A DNA stretch of 64,000 nucleotides from Lachnospiraceae bacterium (GCA_017520155.1 JAFXGR010000047.1:5095-69094); one strand, 5' to 3'; shown: positions 10,685 through 21,147, counted from the stretch's first letter. Notes: generated from the sequence alone by a model not told the origin. A program made the numbers and translations.

Positions 10685-10719
10685 AAACTTAAACTCAGAA
10701 GTTGAGAAAGGAGGAGCCT

Positions 10720-11808
10720 ATGGAAGAAAAAATATTGAACACTCTATTGGAAAAAATAAAATATGATTTATTCCATTACCATGAAAAAAGTGGAAAAGAG
10801 AAGATAAAGTATAGAATAAAAAGACTACTGAAGCCAAAGGATACGCCAAGAATAGATCCATTTTTCTGGCCTCAGGCTCTCCTGACACAGACCTTGGAAG
10901 AGGCAGAACAGCTGGAAGTTTTGCTTTTATATTATGATAAATGGTATAAGGCAGGAGTAACCATTTATCATATAGATAATATTATGAATGGTTACTCTTT
11001 GGTTTATGTTTATCTAAAGACGGGAAATATAAAGTATAAGAAAATGATGGATAAACTGTGTGACTACCTATGCTCTTATTACAAAGAATACGGAAATATC
11101 ATGCCGTATCGAGGAAACCATCCAACCCATATTTATGCGGATGAATTAGGAATGATTGTTCCCTTTTTGTGTCGTTATGGGGAGAGCTTTGGAGTGCAGG
11201 AAGCAGTAGAGCTTGGACAGAAGCTGCTGATAGATTTTCTGGAAAAGGGGATGGATGAAACTACGGGACTCCCTTATCATGGGTATGATGTAAACACAGG
11301 TGTAAAATATGGAATTGTAGGCTGGGGAAGGGCAGTAGGCTGGCTTCTTCTTGGAATGGCAGATTCTGTGGAGTTTATGAGAGACAGCAGGGAAAAAGAA
11401 ATTATTGTCATAGCTTTTCAGCAGCTGGTAAAAAATAGTTTTCAATATTTTAAGGAATCAGGATACTTTCCTTGGCAGCTTCCGGCCAGGGAGGGACCCG
11501 TTGATACTTCAGCCACTGCAATGATTGCCTATGCTATTGTAAAGGGGAAAAGAACGGCTTATTTACGTTGTGACTGCGAGATGGATGAGCTTATGGGAAA
11601 AACACTTCCTGCCGGCAGATTATCCATGGAGGAAGTATTGAAACGAATGGAAAAGGCACTGATCCAATCCTATCAGGAAGGACAGATAATGGACTGTTCC
11701 GGAGAATGCGAAGGATTTTCGCAATATCCCCAAGTCTATGGAGGTTATCCATGGAGTAATGGACCTACACTTAGATTTTTTTTGGAGAGAAAGAATGATT
11801 ATCATTAA
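10720..11808 (+). CDS. GH88/GH105-like unsaturated glycuronyl hydrolase family protein
   Basis: YADELGMIVPFL, DETTGLPYHGYD, GWGRAVGWLLLGMAD and DTSATAMIAYAI are colinear with the (alpha/alpha)6 GH88/GH105 motifs. AAGGAGGAG RBS precedes the ATG at 10720. Confidence 0.65.
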   Translation: MEEKILNTLLEKIKYDLFHYHEKSGKEKIKYRIKRLLKPKDTPRIDPFFWPQALLTQTLEEAEQLEVLLLYYDKWYKAGVTIYHIDNIMNGYSLVYVYLKTGNIKYKKMMDKLCDYLCSYYKEYGNIMPYRGNHPTHIYADELGMIVPFLCRYGESFGVQEAVELGQKLLIDFLEKGMDETTGLPYHGYDVNTGVKYGIVGWGRAVGWLLLGMADSVEFMRDSREKEIIVIAFQQLVKNSFQYFKESGYFPWQLPAREGPVDTSATAMIAYAIVKGKRTAYLRCDCEMDELMGKTLPAGRLSMEEVLKRMEKALIQSYQEGQIMDCSGECEGFSQYPQVYGGYPWSNGPTLRFFLERKNDYH

Positions 11809-12691
11809 AGTTAATGGGGGCTTGGGAAATCAGCTTCAGCAATATGCACTATACGATAAAATGAAAGCTATGGGAAAAGAAGTGAAACTGGATCTTACTT
11901 GGTTTGAAAAAGACATGGAAAAAGCTTCACGCAGAATCTTGGAATTAAACTATTTTTCTGATATAACCTATGAGGTGGCGACACAAAAGGAAATAAAAGA
12001 AGTTTTGGGGAATAGAAATATTTTTATAAAATGTCTAGAAAAGCTACATTTGAAGGAATGTCCCCTTTATATAGAACATCAAATGTATGATCCGGGAATC
12101 TTCGAATTGAAAAATAAGATTCTTGAAGGATATTGGGCTTGTGAAAGTTATTATGCAGATAGAATATGGGATTTATGTAAACAATTAGAGTTTCCCTCGA
12201 ATATATCTGATGAAAATAAGAGGATGAAGGAAAAAATACAAAAATATAATGCTGTGAGTATTCATGTTAGGAGAGGTGATTATCTTACAGAAGAAAATCA
12301 AAGAATGTTTGGAGGAATTTGTACTAAACAGTATTATGAGGAGGCAATAAAATTGATAAAAGAAAAAATAGAACGCCCCCATTTTTTTATTTTTTCGGAT
12401 GATTCTGCTTATGTAAAAGAGCATTATTCAAATGAAGATTTTACCGTGGTGGATATTAACCATGGTATTAATAGTTTTTGGGATATGTATCTTATGAGTC
12501 AATGTAAACACAATATTTGTGCTAATAGTACTTTTAGCTTCTGGGGGGCAAGATTAAATAGAAATATGAATAAAGTAATGATTCGACCATTAAAGCAGAA
12601 GAATTGTGATTGGTATAATCCGGATGAGATGAAACAATTATGGCAGGGCTGGAGCCTGGTTGATGAAGAGGGGAATAGGATTGCAGAATGA
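11795..12691 (+). CDS. GT11 alpha-1,2-fucosyltransferase-like glycosyltransferase
   Basis: MIIIKVNGGLGNQLQQYALY, SIHVRRGDY, ANSTFSFWGA. The start at 11795 gives a canonical GT11 N-terminus. Confidence 0.85.
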   Translation: MIIIKVNGGLGNQLQQYALYDKMKAMGKEVKLDLTWFEKDMEKASRRILELNYFSDITYEVATQKEIKEVLGNRNIFIKCLEKLHLKECPLYIEHQMYDPGIFELKNKILEGYWACESYYADRIWDLCKQLEFPSNISDENKRMKEKIQKYNAVSIHVRRGDYLTEENQRMFGGICTKQYYEEAIKLIKEKIERPHFFIFSDDSAYVKEHYSNEDFTVVDINHGINSFWDMYLMSQCKHNICANSTFSFWGARLNRNMNKVMIRPLKQKNCDWYNPDEMKQLWQGWSLVDEEGNRIAE

Positions 12692-14163
12692 AAAGAATTA
12701 CAAAAAAGGGGATATGGATTGTTTTATTATTATTTTTTATCACCAGTCTTATTCCTATTTTGGGATTAAGTTTTTATAATTTTCCATGTGCAGATGATTT
12801 TTCTGCCAGTGATGATGTGCGACTTGCATGGATAAATAGTGGAAGTATAATTGCTTTATTCAAAGCAGCATGGGATAATGTGGTATTCAATTATAAAGAA
12901 TGGTCCGGGGTATATATGTCGGTTTTTTGGACATCTCTGCAGCCTGCAATATTTGGAGAAAAGTATTATTTTATCAGCAACTGGTTTACACTAGGACTTT
13001 TGGTATTCTCTGTTATGTATTTTTGTCATGTTATTTCACAAAAATATATAACAGGAAAAAAATATGATTTTAGAATAGTTGCAGTTCTATATTTGTTTGT
13101 TATCATTCAATGTATGCCGGATGGTAATGAAGGTATATTTTGGCATGCAGGTGCAGCTAACTATACATGGGCATTTTGTTTTCTAATGATACTCATAGGG
13201 ATAATTTTATCTGTTAAGAAAGAGAAAAGTAAGGCATGGAAGTATTCAAAAATAGTTATTTCTTTTATTCTTTCAATCTTTGTGGGTGGAGGAAATTATT
13301 TAACTGCCTTACAGGGAGTATTATGGATGACCTTTCTTTTAGTAATACTTTTGTTGCTAGATAAAGAAAAGAAAGAGTGGAGAGAAAAAATAACAAATAT
13401 ATATTACATCCTTATGCCTTTACTTGTTATGAGTTTATCCTTTCTGATTAGTGTACTTGCTCCCGGAAATAGTGATAGGATGCTGGAGGCAACAGGGATG
13501 AATCCTGTTAAAGCAATCCTTTTATCATGCTATTACTGGCCTGAACTTGTGATAAAAGAGTGGATTAGTTGGCCGGTAATATTAATTATATTGTTGGCAA
13601 TTCCATTTTTATACGATATTGCAAAAGAGGTTGATTATGATTTTAAATATCCGGGATTTATCATTTTAATAAGTTTAGGGTTTGCCACGGCTTGTTTAAC
13701 TCCTAACCTATATGCACAAAGCGATGTGGGAGGAGGAAGGACATGGAACATTTGTTTTCTTGTCTTGCTTTTTTGGGTTTTCTGTGACCTATTCTATATT
13801 ATGGGATGGTTTAGTACAGTATTCCAAAAGAAAGAGGAAAAGGTCATATGGAAGAAATATATACTGTATTTGATGATAATAGGGATAGGTTTTGGAGTGC
13901 TATGTACCAGAATTGATAAAGAAACATTTATGGCAACAGAAGCATGGGATGAGATTTCTTCCGGAAGAGCAGAATTTTACCGATATGAATGGGAAGAAAG
14001 AATAAAACTATATTATGATGACTCCATTGAAAATGTAGTCGTAAAACGCTTTACAGCACCGCCGCAATTACTTCTTTTTGAAGATAATGTTCCACATCCC
14101 GGAGAATGGATTAATTTAGTAGTGGCTAAGTATTATGAAAAGGAAACGGTACAGAGTGAATAG
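12688..14163 (+). CDS. Polytopic membrane protein, GT-C-like (paralog family A, member 1)
   Basis: More than 10 hydrophobic helices. Acidic first-loop motif YNFPCADDF, later LAPGNSDR. Paralogous to the proteins at 14171 and 55225. Confidence 0.5.
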   Translation: MKRITKKGIWIVLLLFFITSLIPILGLSFYNFPCADDFSASDDVRLAWINSGSIIALFKAAWDNVVFNYKEWSGVYMSVFWTSLQPAIFGEKYYFISNWFTLGLLVFSVMYFCHVISQKYITGKKYDFRIVAVLYLFVIIQCMPDGNEGIFWHAGAANYTWAFCFLMILIGIILSVKKEKSKAWKYSKIVISFILSIFVGGGNYLTALQGVLWMTFLLVILLLLDKEKKEWREKITNIYYILMPLLVMSLSFLISVLAPGNSDRMLEATGMNPVKAILLSCYYWPELVIKEWISWPVILIILLAIPFLYDIAKEVDYDFKYPGFIILISLGFATACLTPNLYAQSDVGGGRTWNICFLVLLFWVFCDLFYIMGWFSTVFQKKEEKVIWKKYILYLMIIGIGFGVLCTRIDKETFMATEAWDEISSGRAEFYRYEWEERIKLYYDDSIENVVVKRFTAPPQLLLFEDNVPHPGEWINLVVAKYYEKETVQSE

Positions 14164-14170
14164 AGAAAAA

Positions 14171-15703
14171 ATGAGAATAAGAGAATATAATAGGTATGAG
14201 CTTATCTTAACGGTCGGAGCAATTTTAGCAGTTATATTATTTATTGGCAGTCTAATACCGTTAATACATGTAGGAGTCTATAATTATGCAACCGGAGATG
14301 ATTATTGGTATGGAGTAAATACTTACAGAGGGTTTATTGAAAATGGTTTGATGGGAGCATTAAAAGGATCCTTAACCACTGTAAGAGAATTCTATTATAG
14401 TTGGCAAGGAACTTGGTTCACTATTTTTTTGTTTACCCTGTCTCCAAATCATTTTTGGGAAAATGGATATGTATTAACAGTTTTTCTTTCGTTGGGATTG
14501 CTAATAAGTAGTGTATCCCTCCTTTCTCATTATTATTTAAGAGAAAAGCTGTTATTTCGAAAATCTGTAATTATCATTATAGATTGTTTGGTATTAAACC
14601 TAATGATTCAATATATCCCCAGAACTACATCGGGAATTTACTGGTTTAATGGTATTATGCATTACTCGGTTCCCTTTTTTTTGGCCACTTTAGCAGTAAT
14701 TTATTCTCATAAATATATTGAAGAAAAAGGCAGAAAAAACTACAGTGTTCTTTTTTTGTGTTTTCTCTTTTTGGGAGGGGGAAGTTATCTGGCACCTTTA
14801 GCAGCCACATTAGTTGTGTGTATGCTATTATTAAATGCTGTCAGGATTGAGAAAATAAGCTTAAAAAATAGAGTATTTAAAATAAGATACAATTCTAAGA
14901 ATTTATGGATATTATTAGCTATTGTAGCTGAAGTGATTGGTTTGATCATTAGTTTTTTAGCACCGGGAAACAATGTAAGAGGTGGGGAAGAGTTTGGAGC
15001 AGATTTAAAGTGGGCAATACAGTGTATATTTTATGCAATAGACCGAGGAATATATTTGGGGGAAGATTATTTCAAAAATAATATGGTTACAACTATAAGC
15101 TTTGTTTTAATTGCAGTGCTTATCTGGAATGAACTATGGGAGAAAAAGGAAAAGAAGTTAAGTTTTCGTTATCCTCTTCTTTTTGTAGTATTTATGAATG
15201 GAGTATATTGGGCTATTTATACTCCGGAAATCTATTCAAGATCTGCTGTATCGGGCGGTGTACCAAATACATATTTTCACGTTTTTTTACTGGTAACAAT
15301 AGCTAATATTATTTATGTTCATGGATGGATTCAAAATATTCTCATCAGTGGTAAATTACAAGAAAGAATTAAGAATATCAAGGGGAAAAAACTGAAATAT
15401 ATTTTATTAACAGTGATATGTTTACTGTGGATTGGAGTTGTCATAAAATCTGATTTAATCACAACTTATGACTATTGCAGGGAATATATCCGTAGTGGAA
15501 AGATGGAAAGATATTTCGAGGTAAGAAAGGAACAACATAGAATTCTTTCTACCAGTGAGGAAGATCATGTGATTATACCGGAAATGGAAGGAACATATCC
15601 TTTGACCAATATGTGCCTCACAGAAAATGTAAATGCAGAAAGAAACGTTGACAGAGCGAAGTATTATAATAAAAAAAGTGTCGGAATTATAATGGTGGAA
15701 TAA
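14171..15703 (+). CDS. Polytopic membrane protein, GT-C-like (paralog family A, member 2)
   Basis: YNYATGDDYWYG after TM1, LAPGNNVRGGEEF mid-protein, C-terminal IIPEMEG...AKYYNKKSV. The alternative start is 14135. Confidence 0.5.
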   Translation: MRIREYNRYELILTVGAILAVILFIGSLIPLIHVGVYNYATGDDYWYGVNTYRGFIENGLMGALKGSLTTVREFYYSWQGTWFTIFLFTLSPNHFWENGYVLTVFLSLGLLISSVSLLSHYYLREKLLFRKSVIIIIDCLVLNLMIQYIPRTTSGIYWFNGIMHYSVPFFLATLAVIYSHKYIEEKGRKNYSVLFLCFLFLGGGSYLAPLAATLVVCMLLLNAVRIEKISLKNRVFKIRYNSKNLWILLAIVAEVIGLIISFLAPGNNVRGGEEFGADLKWAIQCIFYAIDRGIYLGEDYFKNNMVTTISFVLIAVLIWNELWEKKEKKLSFRYPLLFVVFMNGVYWAIYTPEIYSRSAVSGGVPNTYFHVFLLVTIANIIYVHGWIQNILISGKLQERIKNIKGKKLKYILLTVICLLWIGVVIKSDLITTYDYCREYIRSGKMERYFEVRKEQHRILSTSEEDHVIIPEMEGTYPLTNMCLTENVNAERNVDRAKYYNKKSVGIIMVE

Positions 15704-15706
15704 AAC

Positions 15707-17233
15707 GTGGGAAGAATACAGTATGTTGCAAAAAATATATTATTTGGTTATATAGGAAATATTAGTTCTACCATTCTTGGTTTCATTTTAAGAATTGTTT
15801 TTATTCGAAGACTAGATGCTACACTTTTGGGTGTAAATGGCTTATACTCCGGAATTTTAACGATGCTTTCTTTGGCTGAATTGGGAATAGGTACAGCACT
15901 TAATTACAGCCTTTATGCACCTGTGGCAAAGAAGGATAAAGAAAAAATTAAATCCTACATGGTATATTACAAAAAGGCTTATAGACTGATTGCCATGATT
16001 ATTATGATTTTAGGAATCAGCCTCACTCCTTTTTTGAAGTATTTTATTAAAAACCCGGGGAATTATGGAGAAAAAGAATTAATAATTTACTATTTCATTT
16101 TTTTGTTTAATACAGTAAGCACTTATTTTGTATCTTATAAATATAGCATTGTTAATGCAGAACAAAAAAACTATATTCAAACCAACATTCTAACGATTAC
16201 AAAGCTGTTTACGACCATCCTTCAGATTATAATTTTATTACTAACTTCAAACTTCCTGTTTTATTTATTAGCATCAGCATTTGTGGAGTTAGTACAGAAA
16301 TTATATGTAAATGCTTTTTTTAATAAAAAATATCCGTACCTGAAAGATAAGCAAGTAAGAGAGTTGGAAAAAGAAGAACGTAAAGATATTATAGAAAAAA
16401 CAAAGGCTTTAGTATTTCATAAAATTGGAGATGTAATGCGGCTTCAAACAGATAGTATTATTATATCATCGTTCATCCAGGTTTCACTGGTAGGAATTAT
16501 TGACAACTATCTTATGGTAATAAATTCTATTTCAGCATTTTCGAATATTGTATTTAATTCTGTAATATCCAGTTTTGGTAATTTGATTGTAACAGAAAAT
16601 GAAGAAAAACAGTATGAAGTTTTTAAAGTATATCGTTTTGTAGCAAATTGGTTTTATGGGTTTTCAACCCTAGGATTTTGGTTTTTATTATCTCCGTTAA
16701 TTATTTTATGTTATGGAAAAGAATGGATTTTATCAGCCGGAGTTGTAAATTTGATTCTAATTGATTATTATTTCAAGGGAGAAAGAATTGTATTGTCTAA
16801 TTTTAAGACAGCAGCCGGAGTTTTTGAGCAAGATAAATACCTTACTCTAATTCAGGGAATTGTAAATTTAGTTATCTCTATTTGGTTGGTTAACGAAATA
16901 GGGGTGGCGGGGGTGTATATAGGTACTATAGTATCAGGATGGATTGCCAATATAACCAAGCCTATTATTATTTATAAGACCTGCTTTCATGTAGAAGTGT
17001 CGGAATACTTTGTCAAGGGAATGAAACAAGTATTTACAATAGGTCTTATCTCTTTATGTTGTTGGTGGTTTTCTAAATATATCCTACAGGAAATTACTAT
17101 CATAACTTTTGTAACTATGGGAGTTTTTATCGCAGTTATATTCCATATAATATTCTTAGTACTCTATTGGAAAACAAAAGAAATGGCATATATACGAAAT
17201 ATTGTTAAAGAAAAGATTAAGATAAAACCATAA
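15707..17233 (+). CDS. wzx: Wzx-type oligosaccharide flippase (MOP superfamily polysaccharide biosynthesis protein)
   Basis: 508 aa with about 14 TM helices. N-terminal RRLDATLLGVNGLYSGILTMLSLAELGIGTALNYSLY is typical of Wzx. GTG start. Confidence 0.75.
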   Translation: MGRIQYVAKNILFGYIGNISSTILGFILRIVFIRRLDATLLGVNGLYSGILTMLSLAELGIGTALNYSLYAPVAKKDKEKIKSYMVYYKKAYRLIAMIIMILGISLTPFLKYFIKNPGNYGEKELIIYYFIFLFNTVSTYFVSYKYSIVNAEQKNYIQTNILTITKLFTTILQIIILLLTSNFLFYLLASAFVELVQKLYVNAFFNKKYPYLKDKQVRELEKEERKDIIEKTKALVFHKIGDVMRLQTDSIIISSFIQVSLVGIIDNYLMVINSISAFSNIVFNSVISSFGNLIVTENEEKQYEVFKVYRFVANWFYGFSTLGFWFLLSPLIILCYGKEWILSAGVVNLILIDYYFKGERIVLSNFKTAAGVFEQDKYLTLIQGIVNLVISIWLVNEIGVAGVYIGTIVSGWIANITKPIIIYKTCFHVEVSEYFVKGMKQVFTIGLISLCCWWFSKYILQEITIITFVTMGVFIAVIFHIIFLVLYWKTKEMAYIRNIVKEKIKIKP

Positions 17234-17388
17234 AAGCAAAAATGTTTTACAGATTGAAAAGGGATTTAAAGTGGAAAAAGTATTAATTACTCAAACAATT
17301 CCACTGATTAAAAAAATGTGGATTAAATAAAGTATGTACAAATGGTTAGAAGTGATGAGAGAAAATAGAGGAGTTTTGGAAAGGACAT

Positions 17389-18084
17389 ATGAATAAGGTA
17401 TTATTAGTAATTCCGGCATATAATGAGGCTGAGAACATAGAACGTGTTGTAGATGAGATTATAAATAATTATCCCAAATATGATTATGTAGTTGTAAATG
17501 ATGGTTCCAGAGATGATACAAGAAAAATCTGTAGAAGAAGAGGTTATAATCTGTTAGATTTACCAATTAATGTTGGTTTGGCAGGTGCAATACAAAGTGG
17601 AATGAAATATGCCAATTATTATGGGTATGATTATGTTGTACAGATTGATGGAGATGGTCAGCATAATCCTCAATATATTAAAGATATGTTGGAGAAGATG
17701 GAAAGTAGCCGGTGTGATATTGTTATAGGTTCACGTTTTAAAACCGAAAGAAAACCGGTTACCGCTCGAATGATAGGAAGCCAGTTAATAACCTATGCCA
17801 TATATATTACAACTAGAGGAACATACATAGGAGATGTTACTTCAGGAATGCGATTATTTAACAAGTCCATGATTAAGCGTTTTGGTTATCAGATGAATTA
17901 TGGACCGGAACCGGATACTCTGGCTTATTTGATTAACTGTGGAATTAAGATTGAAGAAGTACAAGTTGAAATGTCAGAAAGAATTGCAGGAGAGAGCTAT
18001 TTAAATGTGGCAAACTCTTTTACATATATGGTGCAAATGTTATTTGCTATCTTGATTTTTCAATGGTTTAGAGTGAGGAAATAA
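17389..18084 (+). CDS. GT2, polyprenol-phosphate glycosyltransferase type (DPM1/ArnC/GtrB-like catalytic domain)
   Basis: LLVIPAYNEAENIERVVDEI, VVVNDGSRDDT, QIDGDGQHNP. Confidence 0.8.
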   Translation: MNKVLLVIPAYNEAENIERVVDEIINNYPKYDYVVVNDGSRDDTRKICRRRGYNLLDLPINVGLAGAIQSGMKYANYYGYDYVVQIDGDGQHNPQYIKDMLEKMESSRCDIVIGSRFKTERKPVTARMIGSQLITYAIYITTRGTYIGDVTSGMRLFNKSMIKRFGYQMNYGPEPDTLAYLINCGIKIEEVQVEMSERIAGESYLNVANSFTYMVQMLFAILIFQWFRVRK

Positions 18085-18085
18085 T

Positions 18086-18451
18086 ATGTCGATTACATTA
18101 AGAATAGTACTGCTTTTTGCTGGAATTATCACAGCAATATGGATTTTAAGAAAGATATACAAATGTAAAGTGAAATTAGGAGATGCAATTTACTGGATAT
18201 GCATGGCAATTTTATTAGTTGTTTTTGGGATTATACCTGAAAGTGCGTATTTTTTTACAAAAATGCTTGGAATTCAGGCACCGGTTAATTTTATTTTCTT
18301 GTTTATGTTGGCAGTTGTAATAGAAAAACTATTTACATTATCAATTAAGGTATCTCAATTGGAGGATAAGATAACGGTTTTATCTGCAGAAGTAGCGCTC
18401 AGAAGCAACAATAGTGAAAAGCAAATCACAGAATTAAAAGAAAAGAGATAG
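18086..18451 (+). CDS. Small 4-TM membrane protein, DUF2304-like
   Basis: 121 aa, hydrophobic with a coiled C-tail. It starts 2 nt after the GT2 stop. The GT2 plus DUF2304 pairing is a conserved arrangement as far as I recall. Confidence 0.5.
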   Translation: MSITLRIVLLFAGIITAIWILRKIYKCKVKLGDAIYWICMAILLVVFGIIPESAYFFTKMLGIQAPVNFIFLFMLAVVIEKLFTLSIKVSQLEDKITVLSAEVALRSNNSEKQITELKEKR

Positions 18452-18456
18452 TACAA

Positions 18457-19212
18457 ATGTCTGATAGGAAAAGTGAGAAAGTTTCTTTAATCCTTACAAC
18501 ATATAATTGTCAGGATAATTTGAGAATTACGTTAGAAAGTATAGAAAAGCAAGATTATCCGAATCTGGAAATTATTATTAAGGATGGAGGATCTACAGAT
18601 CAAACATTAGAGATCATACGAGAATATCAAAAAAATAGTCATCTTGATATTATATACAAAAGCGAGAAGGATAAAGGTATTTTTGATGCCATGAATCAGG
18701 GATATGCTTTATGTACAGGTGATATTGTTGCTTTCTTTAATGATGTTTTCTTGGATAATTCTGCAATTACAAAATTAGTTAATGCAATGAATACACCCGG
18801 TAGTGGTTATATAGGTGCACATGCAGATTTGGTTTATCGCGAAGGAGAACGTGTAGTGCGTAAGTGGCACATGGGAGAAGGAAATATATATCAAGGATGG
18901 CTTCCAGGACATCCAACATTGTATCTACGTAGAGAAATTTATGAAAAATATGGATTATATGATGCTTCTTTCAGAATAGGTGCAGATTATGAATTTATGA
19001 TTCGCTTTTTAAAAGACAAAACTAATAAAATTGCCTATGTACCGGAAACTTTGGTATCCATGTTTTATGGAGGAACCAGTAGCAATGGGTTAAGTAGCTA
19101 TTTAAAGTCTTTGGCAGAAGGGCATCGTGCATTGAAAAAAAATAATATATTATTTGCATGGTGGGTTGATATAAGAAGGACAATCAGGGTTTTGCTACAG
19201 TTTTACAGATAA
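18457..19212 (+). CDS. GT2 glycosyltransferase (WcaE-like short form)
   Basis: SLILTTYNCQDNLRITLESIEKQDYPNLEIIIKDGGSTDQT, DKGIFDAMNQG. Confidence 0.85.
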   Translation: MSDRKSEKVSLILTTYNCQDNLRITLESIEKQDYPNLEIIIKDGGSTDQTLEIIREYQKNSHLDIIYKSEKDKGIFDAMNQGYALCTGDIVAFFNDVFLDNSAITKLVNAMNTPGSGYIGAHADLVYREGERVVRKWHMGEGNIYQGWLPGHPTLYLRREIYEKYGLYDASFRIGADYEFMIRFLKDKTNKIAYVPETLVSMFYGGTSSNGLSSYLKSLAEGHRALKKNNILFAWWVDIRRTIRVLLQFYR

Positions 19213-19403
19213 GAACCCAAGGTTTTTTACTTGTAAAGGAATAGATTTCCAAAGGGATATGGCCCATTAAAAGAATAGTATACGTAAATTATATTGAACT
19301 CAAACTTGGCACATAAATTATAGCTATACATTATGTTACGAGCTTTTTTCATAGCAAGCTGTATAGTCATATTTTAATATGCGAAGTTTGAGTTTAGTTA
19401 GTT

Positions 19404-20633
19404 TTAAAGGATACGATTATAGAGTTCTAAATAAGGCTCAAATACCCTATCCTTGTCATAAATAAGTGAACGGATGCGGCAGGTTGAAGAAGTGATTTCT
19501 GTGCTATTTTCCAAAGACAGGATCGCTTCTTTTAGTTTTTTTATATTCCCCTTTTCTACAACAATGCCACAAGAAGAGGTAAGTGCTTCCGGACTCCCAC
19601 CAGTATTAAAAGTGATTACAGGAGTTCCACAGGCCAAAGCCTCTAGGTTGGTGGTAGGAAAATTATCTTCCAGGGTTGGGTTTATGAAGGCATAAGCATT
19701 CCGATACCACTCTGCCAGCTCCTTTTGGTTGGTAGTTCTTGTAATGGCAGTTATACGATTAGGATACTGTTTACCCAGTTTCTTTTGTTGTTTTTTGGAA
19801 ACCCCAATTAAAACAATATGATAGTTAGAGTCTAGGGTGTCTGCGAGTTCCTTAAAATATTCCAAACCTTTCCTCTTATCCCATACATTGGCTACACCTA
19901 ATAAAATACGCTTGTTGTTATCTAAAGGATTTTGAGATAAAGGTACTTTGGAGGAAACATTATTAGTGTTAGGCGAAAATATATTCAAATCAATTCCGTT
20001 GGGAATGGTGATTACAGGATACTCTTTAAGAAAAGACTCTTTTATCAGAAAAGCCATCCAATGGCTGGGAGTCACAATTATCATCTTTGGAATATTGGTA
20101 AAGGTTTCTTTTTTTATATAATAATTTTTTTTACTGTTATCCTTAAACAAAGAATAAGGATAATCACTTCGGTAAACAGGGCAGGAATAACATTCTTTTT
20201 TCCATTTTTCGCAGCCGGAATACTCGAAAAAAGCACATTGACCAGTTATAGGCCAGCAATCATGAAGAGTCCACACCACAGGAATCTGCTTGCGTTTGAT
20301 ATAATCAAACAACAGAGGAATATTTATATAAAAGCCATGAATATTGTGTAGATGAATAAGATCCGGCTGAATCTCCTCTAACCAGAGAATAAATTTTTTC
20401 GTGACTTTTAGGGAAGCAAATCCGCTGTTTCCACGGAAAAAATTGGACAACACATGAGCACCAAAGTCTAATAAATTTCCAATTTTATAGCTGTTTAATT
20501 CGGATGCTGCTGTACCCCGCCCGTAGGCAATATAAGGTTCATGTCCTGCAGATTTGGATAAGTGATAAAGAGATGTAGTAATTTTACCTGTACTTCCGGT
20601 ACTACAGACAGTATTAATATATACAATTTTCAT
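19404..20633 (-). CDS. GT4 glycosyltransferase with Cys-rich insert
   Basis: MKIVYINTVCSTGSTGKIT, HDCWPITGQCAFFEYSGCEKWKKECYSCP, EDNFPTTNLEALACGTPVI (the E-x7-E region). AGGAG RBS on the minus strand. Confidence 0.85.
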   Translation of the reverse strand: MKIVYINTVCSTGSTGKITTSLYHLSKSAGHEPYIAYGRGTAASELNSYKIGNLLDFGAHVLSNFFRGNSGFASLKVTKKFILWLEEIQPDLIHLHNIHGFYINIPLLFDYIKRKQIPVVWTLHDCWPITGQCAFFEYSGCEKWKKECYSCPVYRSDYPYSLFKDNSKKNYYIKKETFTNIPKMIIVTPSHWMAFLIKESFLKEYPVITIPNGIDLNIFSPNTNNVSSKVPLSQNPLDNNKRILLGVANVWDKRKGLEYFKELADTLDSNYHIVLIGVSKKQQKKLGKQYPNRITAITRTTNQKELAEWYRNAYAFINPTLEDNFPTTNLEALACGTPVITFNTGGSPEALTSSCGIVVEKGNIKKLKEAILSLENSTEITSSTCRIRSLIYDKDRVFEPYLELYNRIL

Positions 20634-20669
20634 GGGGATCTCCTGATTTTTTTAGAATTACTATGTGAT

Positions 20670-20698
20670 TATTGTATCTTATGATGGAAGGATTGGAA
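20670..20698 (-). promoter_or_regulatory. Candidate sigma-A promoter for the minus-strand GT4
   Basis: On the minus strand: TTTCCA, 17 nt, TACAAT, about 35 nt upstream of the start codon. Consensus match only. Confidence 0.3.
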
Positions 20699-21118
20699 AG
20701 GATTACTTTAGAAAAATCATGAAGAGGGAAAACTATAGATATTGCTAGGACAACCTACAACATTTTTATATTCAAACATAAAAATAGAAATTCAATATGA
20801 TAAGAATCCAGAAACTATGATACAATACAAGGTAGTACGAGCGGAGAAAACACTTCTTGATTTTGTAAATTGATTACGTATAGAAGAGAATAGTAGTAAA
20901 AGTAAGTAAAGTTATAAAAATAGAGAATAGCTTTTGCTGAGTGGCAAAAGAGGGGACAAGGGTTATATTTAGGATGTTTTTTAATATGTTTATAGGTTGG
21001 GATTACTATAGTTTTGTATAGATTGTAAATTGAATTAATATATGTTATAAATAGAATGATTTATGAGCTTTTGATATACTAAAATTAAAACGAGTGCTAC
21101 AAGAAGCATCTATTTAAG

Positions 21119-21147
21119 TTGATTCCTCGATAAAAATTAACTATTAT
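21119..21147 (+). promoter_or_regulatory. Candidate sigma-A promoter for the operon starting at 21245
   Basis: TTGATT (21119-21124), 17-nt spacer, TATTAT (21142-21147). Confidence 0.35.

Noticed and set aside
17271-17330. A 19-codon ORF (VEKVLITQTIPLIKKMWIK) in the 155-bp gap before the GT2 at 17389, possibly a remnant of an epimerase N-terminus.
   Set aside because: It has no GxxGxxG motif. It is too short, starts at GTG and has no convincing RBS.
19297-19397. An inverted repeat, CTCAAACTT...AAGTTTGAG, with inner imperfect stems between the convergent genes at 19212 and 19404, as a terminator.
   Set aside because: The arms are about 75 nt apart, the inner stems are imperfect, and no T-tract follows. 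It is not convincing enough to annotate.
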